From: Tubiluchus corallicola
Lineage: Eukaryota; Animalia; Priapulida
Assembly: GCA_030141605.1 (NCBI GenBank)
Contig: JAQGDQ010000163.1
Location: 402,548 to 466,547, forward strand
Direction: 5' to 3'
DNA: 64,000 nucleotides
Under the pieces are notes generated by a model. It made no database searches. It saw nothing but the letters and a program-made list of their open reading frames with translations, and had not been told where the DNA came from. How positions within the stretch are numbered: the first letter of the stretch is position 1; each line of letters opens with the position of its first letter. Of this stretch, positions 54,678 to 64,000 are shown piece after piece. The position numbers were made by a program, and so were the translations under genes.

Positions 54678-57600
54678 TTATGAAACACGCTCAAGCAGAC
54701 AAAGTTTCTGCACAGGCCGTTTCAGAGTTGACGACTTTGTCTTGAGCAACACAGAGTGGACCAAGCCATCTTTACCCGGATAAGTATCCATAATCCGTCC
54801 AAGTTCCCAACGGTTTCTTGGCAAGGTGTTGTCGATTAATAGAACAACATCTCCACACTTGAGATTTTCCTTCTGCTTCTCCCACTTTTGGAATTGTTGC
54901 AGCATCGGAAGATATTCATGAGTCCATCGCCGCCAAAAGACATCTGTCAAATACTGTACCTGGCGCCATCTTCGCCTATATAGTCAGAATAATCAAAGAG
55001 CTTGACAGGTACTGATCCAGCTCTTAACAACAGTAAGTGGTTTGGAGTGAGAGCCTCAAGATCATTTGGATCATCTGACACTGTTGTGATCGGCCTATCA
55101 TTTATAATGGACTACCATGCACATCAGAGTAGGCAAGCTTTCATTGTCAAGCCTTTGCTCACTGCATATAGAAAAGGCAACTCTGCTAATGGATCGGATC
55201 ATCCTTTCCCAAGCTCCACCATGATGGGATGCACCTGGTGTGTTAAAGATCCATTGTACATGACGCTTCCGTAGAACATCTGCAATCTTCTGCTGATCCC
55301 AGTTGCATATTGCTGCTCTCAATTCTTTCTCTGCACCGACAAAGTTAGTGCCATTGTCAGATCGGATGATAGACGGAGGCCCACGGCGAGAAATAAATCT
55401 GAAAAGAGCATTAATGAAACTATCAGTCTCCAGGGAATGTAGTACCTCTATGTGAATAGCACGAATTGTCAGGCAAGTGAAGACACATCCGTATCTTTTC
55501 ATCTCTGAACGACCTCTTTTGACAAAAAACGGACCAAAGCAGTCCACACCAACAGCTGTGAAGGCAGATAGAGCTGGAGACACGCGATCATCTGGCAGAT
55601 CAGCCATTTTTTGAGACAATGGAACACCATCACGTCGTCTACAGACTATGCAGCTCGATAAGAGTGATCTGACTCTGGTTCTAACCTTGATGATCCAGTA
55701 CTTCTGTCTCAGCTTGGCAACCACATACTCTCGTCCAGAATGTCCTGACATTTCATGTGCTTCACGTATAATCAGGTCTACTATGTGATGATGTTTAGGC
55801 AGAATCATCTGGTGCATGCTCTTCACACGGCCCCCTACACACATCACTCCATTGGAATCTATGACTGGATTTAACTTCCTCAGAGTTTTCATTACATCAT
55901 CATTTTTCAAGCACTTGTACTGTAGATATTTGACAATGCTGATCTCTGCCTGCTGCAGTTCTTCAACAGATAAACTGGCATCAAAGGACTTAGCATCCAT
56001 TCCTCTAGCTTTGCTCAGTAAAATGTTCCGCAGCCGCAGGATCCAGCCGACAGATTTTCGCAGCCTGTACCATGACGAGTGCCTCTTAAACATATTTTCT
56101 AAAGCTATTGACCCGGCTTCTACTGATGTCACTGCACCACGTGATACAGCTTTCTGAGACTTCACACTTTCACGCTTGATTTCCATTTCTGGATGATGCA
56201 AATTTTTTACCTCGAGTTCTATCCATTCAGATTTTGGCAACCACAAAAACTCAGGACCATTAATCCATCTTTTCTGCTGAAGTAGTTCATCAACTGACAA
56301 GCCTCTTGAAGCATCATCAGCAACGTTGTCCTCACTTCTGATATGGTGCCATTGAGAAGGCATAGAAGCTTCATGTATAATACCAAGCCTGTTAGCTACA
56401 AACGTTTTGAAGCGTTTATCAGTGTTGTGTATGTAGCCCAGAACTATACTGCTATCAGTCCAGTACCAGGTCTCATCTATGTCGGTTCTCAACTCACGCG
56501 AGATTGTCTGGCCGATCTTAACAGCAAGTACAGCTGCCGATAGCTCTAGCCTAGGAACAGTCATTCTATGCATGGGAGCTAGCCGTGCTTTGGCCAAAAC
56601 AAGACAGCAGTGTATCTTCTCATCAGCATTCACAAGCCGCATATATGCCACAGCAGCATAAGCATCCTCAGATGCATCTCCAAAGACATGCAATTCACAT
56701 CTCAGCACATGTCCAAAGTTCTTTGGCATGAAGCATCTCTCAACACCAAACTGATCTAAATTTGTAGCTTGCTTCATCCAGTTAATCCAGTGGTATTGAA
56801 CATCAGTAGACAACTGGCTGTCCCATTCTTTCCTTAGTCTGCTTTCTTGCTGAAAGAGCTTCTTTGCTACAAGTGTAACGGGACAGGCTAGACCCAAAGG
56901 ATCATACACGGAAGAAAGAACACTCGATAAACCTCGCTTTGTGAGTGGCTTCTCCTTTAATTTGGCTTGGACACAAAGTTCATCTCTGTCCACATTCCAA
57001 CGTAAGCCCAGAGCTCTTTCTAATGGCAAGGAACCTTTTGAAATGTCAATTTCTTGAACAGATTCAGCTCTATCCTCTTCAGGAACCATTTCGAGTATCT
57101 TGACACTAGTGCTAATCCATTTAGTTATATGGAACCCACCACGGGCTAACAACTCTGTCAATTTAACTACAAACTCAGTGGCATCATCATCAGTCAAAAA
57201 GCTCTTCAAACAGTCGTCAACATAAAAATCACGAAGCACTGCATCAATAATCTTGCTGTCAAACTCGTGAATGTTATCCAGGGCAGTTTTCTGCAAAGCA
57301 TATGTAGCACAACTGGGGCTCCAATTACCTCCAAAAAGATGCCTCGTCATCCTGTAGACCTGTGGTTGTTTTGTCAAGTCACCATCTGGGTACCACAAAA
57401 ACCGCAAAACATCTCGATGATGTTTGGATACTACAACCTGGTTAAACATGGCCTCTATGTCAGACATAAGTGCCACAGGGCCTTCCCGAAATCGAATCAG
57501 AACAGCTAGCAAGTCGGGCCCTTGTTTGACAGCTTTATTTAAAGAAATTTCTTCAAACAGAACGGAGCAATCAAAGACAATGCGAAGTTTTGGCTTATTC

Positions 57601-60586
57601 GGATTCACTACACCATGATGCGGGAGATACCACACAAATCCAGGTGTTCCTTCTAAGTCACATGCTGCAACTTTCTCTGCATAACCTTTTTCTAGAAGCT
57701 CCTTCATGCGTCGTGTATATTTTTTATGCAGCTCAGGGTCCTTTGAGAGCCGATACTTCAATGACTGAAGACGCTTCTCAGCAATCTTGCGATTATCGGG
57801 CAGATCAGGAGGATTCACTTTAAATGGTATGTCCAGGGTATAGTGACCATCTATTAGTTGCGCTGAACTATCCCACACATTTAGCACTTCCTTGTCCTCA
57901 AGTGACATGCTGCGCTGGTCGACGTTATCCAATGAATCAACTTCCCAAAATCTTTTCACTTGGTTTGTTAAGTCTTCATAAGATTGCACGACATTGACGA
58001 CAGCATTCAAATTCTGAGAATCAAGATTATGAAGTCCATTCACAACCCAGCCCAATGGCGTCCGTACAGCATATGGTTCTCCGGAATTCCCTGCCTTTAC
58101 TTGCAGAGGCTTAAATGCATGAGCACAGTCTTGTCCAATTAGTAATAAGACATCTTCCGCTGGCCTCATGTTAGCTAGTCGTAAATTCTTTAAATGATCC
58201 CAACTACATACATCTGAACTGGTAACCACGCTATCCCGCAAAGATGGAAATTTCTCCAAGGCATAAACTTTAGAAAGATAATAACTTCTCTATCAACTGG
58301 TTTGCCAAAGGTCGGACTGACATACAGAGATATTTCCAGTGCCTTAACCATTGACCCATTATTCAAAGTTGATAATGACAAAGTCTGCTCGTGTCCTTGC
58401 AGGCCAAGCTTCTCAACTAATTGTCGGGAACAAAATGACTTGTTACTGCCAGGGTCTAACAAAGCATGAGTAACCATTCCCTTGGCATGTTCAGATGTTT
58501 TGACAAAAACTGTAACAACAGGCAAAGAAGTTCTTGTAGAAGTCTGCATTGACTTGCAGGCACAACTACTTGCCTCAGTAAGCTTCTTCTCATTTTGCTG
58601 AACATCAGACTTGTCCAACGTGAAGGCCTCATGTAACAGCTTTGAATGTTTCATATTGCAGTTCTCCACTGCACAACCTGGGCGATTGCACCTTCTGGAA
58701 AAATGTTAAGCCTTTAAACAGTTGAAACATAACTTCTTTTCTTTAACAAGCTTTGTTTTATTCTCGGCATCTAGCTCCATGAATCTTTCACACTTGTCTA
58801 AATTGTGATTGCCAGTACACTGAGGGCATATTCTCACAAACTGAGATTGCTCAGGAAAGGATGTCTTCCTTTTGACCGCCTTTGTATTGGCAACAGTGTA
58901 GCTAAAACTTTTTGTAATGTTCCCCTTTTCCTTGCGGGTAGGCAGCTTAGACTCTTTCATCTCACAAAGTCCAAAAACTGGATCATTCATTTCTCTTGCT
59001 ACCTTCATCAGAAACGATGATAGTATGTCAATACCAGGATACCTTCCAAATTCTGTTAAATGTTCTATAGCTTTGGTGCGCCATTTGGATTGAAGATGGT
59101 ATGGTAAACGTCTAACTATATCTGCCATGCTGCGAGTAGTGCTCATTTCATTCATCTTTCCCATAGCTTGCAAGGTCACTCTAGCATTATTTAAGTCATC
59201 AGCAAGTTTTAGCAAACCTTTGGCATCCTGTGATTTAATATGTGGTCCTTCAGTCAGTCTTTTCATCCAAATCTCCTGTATCTGATGATTATCACCAAAT
59301 CTCTCTTTCAAGATCCTTAAAGCTTCTGCATAGCCTCTGCTTCCTCCGGTCATAGCACAACAACGGATTGACTCATAGGCTTCTGCTGTACAAGACTGCA
59401 ACAGATGGTTCAGCTTCGCACTGTCATCAATTGGCTTGTTTCCAATTGCATTGTGAAAACAAGTAATGAAAGTCCAATATTCAATGGGATCTCCGGTAAA
59501 TTTGACTATATCTGGTCTAGGCAATGACATTAGATGAAACATATCTGCTAAATGATGAGGCGCAAAATTTGTGCGGGGCTGCCTTTCCGAAGAAACATGC
59601 TGCGAAGAAATTCTCGGAGCATCAATTGGTTGAGTAACTTGCTGTGGCTGCCATTCAGGTACCGATGGGTTAAGACCAAAATGGGCGGCTTCAGGTTCTG
59701 GATCAGCTATAGGTTCAGGTTGCTCATTGACCCACCTCAAGACACGCTGTTGCTTCTCTCTGGTAGCTATGGATTCTGGAGACAACTGTGATGCACATTC
59801 CAATTCAGCAATTGCATTTTCCTGGGCCTGTGCCTTTGCAAGCTCTGTTTCAAGTGCAAGCTTCTTGCGCTTTTGCTTGAGGTCAAGTTCCTCTTAATCC
59901 AGCTTTATCTGAGCATCTATCATATTAGCTTCAGCAAGAAGTGCTGCCTTCTTGGCTGCTGCTTTTGCCTTGATGCTACTCAAACTGCTCTTCCTTGAAG
60001 AAGACTTTTTAGGTACTGTAACCTTCTTAGATGGTACAGGTGAAGGGGGATTACTTGGTAACATCGGTTGCATGGGTGCCTTTGGTCGAGCACCACCAAA
60101 ATCTTTACGACTGACTTCAGTTCCAGATGATGTCACGCTGCAAGCAGTATTAGTAATGCTAACATTTGTGTCTTGGACAGGTGGCGCGCCCTCTAGCAAC
60201 AAACCTGAAACTGGAATTTTGGAAACATCACCACCTTCTGTATCAAAGTTAGCAGTAGCACCCGAATCATCTGCAGTGACAAGTTGCCGAATACCAATAT
60301 AATCTTCGGCAGTATTCATTATTGTGGTTACATCATTCTTAACTTCATCAGCATAAGTCTGTGATGTCATTTTGTCAGCATCATTTAAAAGTAAATGAAA
60401 CGCCCGATGAATCTGCAGAAAATCAGTATACAAAGTGCCTAACTCGCTGAGCACTTGTCTGATTTCCTCCACTGGTTCTTCTGCTTTAATACAATTCTGA
60501 AGCTTTTTTGACTTCATCGTATTCTGTCTCTTAGCATTAGTCCTTGCTGTCTTATGCGGTTTCATCTCTTCCATTTCAACTGACAT
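54678..60586 (-). pseudogene. BEL/Pao gag-pol polyprotein, disrupted
   Basis: Gag (FTGDPIEYWTF, CPQCTGNHNLDKC, CFNCL), protease (ALLDPGS), RT (YLPHHGV, FYVDDCL), RNase H (LHVFGDASE), integrase (GVDCFGP, SDNGTNF, GGAWER). In-frame stops at 59894 and 58706, frameshifts near 58270, 55110 and 54985. Confidence 0.93.
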
Positions 60587-61275
60587 TGTGCCTGTACAAA
60601 TATTTATCAAAACGTGTTTAGCAAAATTTGCAAGTTAAAGTTCAACTTATCAAACAAACTTCAAAGCCTAAATTATTAATATTTAAGCTAGGATCCATTA
60701 TAATAGAAAACTTAACTTTCTCAGCAATAATTAACAACCTAGTTAAGCGTTTGCATTCATTCAAATTCATTCAGCTAACAAGCAATGCTAACCAAACCAT
60801 CAGCAAAAATCAACTACTTGGCAGTTAATTTTCAGCAAGGCTGTTAAAAAATGTAGGCTTCACTACTATAGAGCTCATATAAATTCAAATAATCAAATGA
60901 ACCCCTTTACATAAAAGGAAATTAAACATTTTAAATATAATTTATACTAAATACTTCGTACTGATACTCACAAGAGCTGACTTAGGCTAATCAGTGCAAA
61001 CATCAGGCAACAATAAAACATGAATAATAACACAAGTAAATGTTCATAGAAAATAAACTTCAAACTTGTCTGTCCTATGCTGCAGAATTCACACGGTATG
61101 GAAAGTTTTCCCGTCGATGCTCCATTGCAAAGCAATATAACGTTTTCCAGTAGTCAGCTGTTCAGCTAGCGAACTTCCAGGTATCCACGTCAAGGTCACA
61201 CACGCACCGTACGTCGGCCCTTTTGATATGACACCGCCTTGCCCAGACCTCATTGGAAGTACAATAATAAACGGT

Positions 61276-61684
61276 TGTAATGTATACGCTCAAATCAAAG
61301 TTGCGTTCCCATATCTATGTAGTTTATTCTGCAAAAATACAAATAGTCTACAACTACTACATCTACAAATCTAGTGAAATAAAAGTGCTAGAAAATAAGT
61401 GCTACAGATCACTACGTTACACTAAAAAAGCTAAAATGCATACATACATTGTTGGTCCAATATTGAGTCGAGAAAAAGCCAGAATGTCAGTAAAAGGTAG
61501 CAGTATAATTATAAGACAATTTTTAAATGCAACAAAGACGTGTGTACATGACAAGTTCCACCTATACAATGTCAGAGTAGAAAAAGTAGTCTAGAGGATG
61601 AGCTACAGTCTAATATATTGTGGCTTCTAATGCATATTCTACCTTGAGAAGAGGTAATGGACCAAAACATTTGCACCTGCAACA
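61276..61684 (-). repeat. BEL 5' LTR (409 bp)
   Basis: TG...CA direct repeat of 54155-54579. Confidence 0.95.
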
Positions 61685-62197
61685 GAAACCTTTTCGAACT
61701 GTCTTTGGCTTTAGAAGTTAATAGTTATGTCACCTTGCGATAACGCTTGTGTGCTTTACCGACAGAATGCAGCATGTAACACCCTCAGCATTGTTAATTT
61801 CGGTTTATTTGCACCAGAGAATGTGATAACTGTTTCTACTGTCTCTTGCAGTTGTAGCTTTTCACATATGCTTCCAAGCACTAAAGCAAAAGCACAATTA
61901 TTATACAGACACCCGTTTATCTCCTAATGTTTTTTTTAATGTTGCTCAGCATTCCAAAAGGGAAAATTTTATTTGACTTTGGGAAATGATGAATACGCAG
62001 CGGCTTTGTATAACTGCTTCCATTTGCAAGACAAACTGAAGACGTACATCATTGACCAGTATTTGTTATTATAAGATCAAAAGATAATATATATTCATAA
62101 CATTATACATTAGGTGATTTAAGACGACTAACATTTGGCAAGATTCTAGATAAACTTTTTAACGTTTATTCAACAACATTGAAATTTTATTTTTCAG

Positions 62198-62303
62198 ATG
62201 GTCTACCGCGTGGGGAGAGCAGGGATTTATTCGCGTTTTGAGAGGAATGAACACGTGTGGTTTAGGGAGCTACATTATAGTGCCTTGCATTTACCATGAC
62301 TAA
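62198..62303 (+). CDS. Terminal exon of a papain-family (C1A, cathepsin-like) cysteine protease; upstream exons not found
   Basis: ttttatttttcag|A TGG TCT... gives WSTAWGEQGFIRVLRGMNTCGLGSYIIVPCIYHD*, matching the C1A W-x-x-x-WGExG(Y/F)IR..RG.N.CG motif. Confidence 0.75.
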
Positions 62304-62423
62304 TTCTTTATAGAAAGTTGTTTGTGGGGTTATCTCTGTGGTTTCCATTTCTTTCATGTATATGGTTTGCTCTTGTTTTTTTAATGTATGTCATTATTAT
62401 ATTTATATTAATATTAATAATAA

Positions 62424-62478
<55 letters not shown>

Positions 62479-62515
62479 ATCATCGTTATCGTTATCATTA
62501 TTATTATTATTATTA
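62424..62515. repeat. (GTT)n/(ATT)n microsatellite
   Basis: Directly visible. Confidence 0.95.
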
Positions 62516-62985
62516 GTTAATTACGAGAGTGTTGATTGCTATCGCTCACGAAATTAAATTAAATTTAAAGCATTCTGTTCAAACAAAATTATATTATTTT
62601 CATTGAGTTTTTATTTTGTTTTTACTCGAACAGATATACGAAACAATCGAAAATGCTGTGGGAAGAAAATCTGCACTTCATTAATTATTATATAACCTAA
62701 GGAATAGGATGCAGTGACATTTTGCCAATGTGTATATGTTTAATATAACATTGTATTTATACATTAAGATACCATTTGTTATTGTATTTGCGGACAAATA
62801 ACCAATTTGTACTGATTGCGAGATAAAATACCGCAAAAGGTGGCCATTTTGAAAAAAGTGTGCCCATACATCGATGCACCACTTGCAAAGAAACTTCATA
62901 ATGTAATAATACAACCGCACATTAGCTAATGTAATATCATTTTGGGAAACTGTTTTTGAAATAAAAACAAGATTTAGACTATATC

Positions 62986-63230
62986 TTGCAGCTTCAGAAA
63001 CTTGCGGCAAAGATTATTCTGGGAAATCAACCTGACCCACTAGAAGATGCAAAAATCTTACCAATCTATAAACTTATTGCGAACGGAAAAACCGTTTTAG
63101 TACATAAATCTGTTATGAACTACAATGATTCTGATATAATAAGAAATAAGGTCAAGCAGAAGGTAACAGTATATGGTACTAGATTAACGATTAGTGGTCA
63201 GTTACAAATTTCAAAACCTAGAACAAAAAA
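62986..63230 (+). mobile_element. L2/CR1-like LINE ORF2 C-terminal fragment
   Basis: LQKLAAKIILG...ILPI...VLVHKSV...YGTR...LQISKPRT resembles post-RT sequence of CR1-group LINEs. Confidence 0.55.
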
Positions 63231-64000
63231 GCTAGCTTTGACTACTCAGAAGCCATGGCCGAAACGTTGCAAAGCTACAGCTGTTTTAATTAAATAGAAG
63301 GAGGAAAACAACGTTAGAGTACAAAAGATCATTTTGTGTTCTATACCCACACTAGTGCCACTTTTTAGACAATCGTTTAATATTTTACTGTTAACTTGTT
63401 ATATCTTGAAAACCGAACTGAACGCGAAAATTTTATTGAGTTATTATTAATGCTAATTTTTCTTACACTGGGAACAGCATTTTTGGGTTTTTGTACTTTC
63501 TGAGTAAAAACAGCTTTGGAATCAATATGATTTGACTACTGCGCGCATACAATACCAAATATAAGAATATTGAAAACTTTCAAACCCAAATCAACGTCTG
63601 AAGGGTTTGTACTGCATTGATGATTGTATTTCAAGGTACACAAGCTTCTGTTACTTTAGTAAAAATGTTAGTAGATGGCGTTCTTAACGCTATAATCAGT
63701 ACGTATTAGTAATAGTAGTAGCATAGGTTGCATCTATTGACAAGACAGACCGAAATTGATGGTTCACTTTCTGTTTTTTTGTTGTGATTTACACTATAAG
63801 TTTAATAGACTTGAAAATAATTCTTATGTATCTTTGTTATCGACTTTTTTGGGTGAAAACATAGTTTCGAGGACACTAAATAAGCCTCCTCGAAGGCTCA
63901 CTTGGCATCTATAACACTGTAATAGCCACATGTTCACAATAGCCTTTGTTTGTTAAACTGCCTTCGTCTTGAGCTCTCCAGTTGTGTGCAGGTGTTAATT

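Larger units (their letters stand above)
54155..61684 (-). mobile_element. Full-length but decayed BEL/Pao LTR retrotransposon
   Basis: Two LTRs, polypurine tract AAGGGGGCGGGG (54580-54591), and gag-protease-RT-RNaseH-integrase order with Pao motifs. Confidence 0.95.

Noticed and set aside
61985-62040. ATGATGA...CTGA C/D-like pair
   Set aside because: Short, with no terminal stem or recognisable guide.

Overview
AT-rich, intron-containing animal (invertebrate-like) genomic DNA. Host genes reconstructed by hand from splice sites: TMA7 (+, 4 exons), NUDT5 (-, single-exon CDS), GNL3/GNL3L nucleostemin-family GTPase (+, 13 exons), p38 MAP kinase (-, TGY motif, 360 aa), CEP78-like (-, single-exon CDS), an F-box/LRR-like gene (+), and an orphan last exon of a papain-family protease. 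Repeats include a decayed full-length BEL/Pao LTR element, stacked RTE-type and L2/CR1-type LINE remnants, and several MITEs (Ginger-like, hAT, Tc1/mariner). The most notable observation is in p38. It carries two tandem 72-nt paralogous exons, each with a U2-type acceptor and a U12-type (GTATCCTT) donor, so the intron between them is a U12/U2 hybrid that should force mutually exclusive splicing. This is the exon that is duplicated in vertebrate JNKs, not the one duplicated in vertebrate p38-alpha, which suggests an independent, convergent switch. All coordinates were read by eye and no database searches were run.
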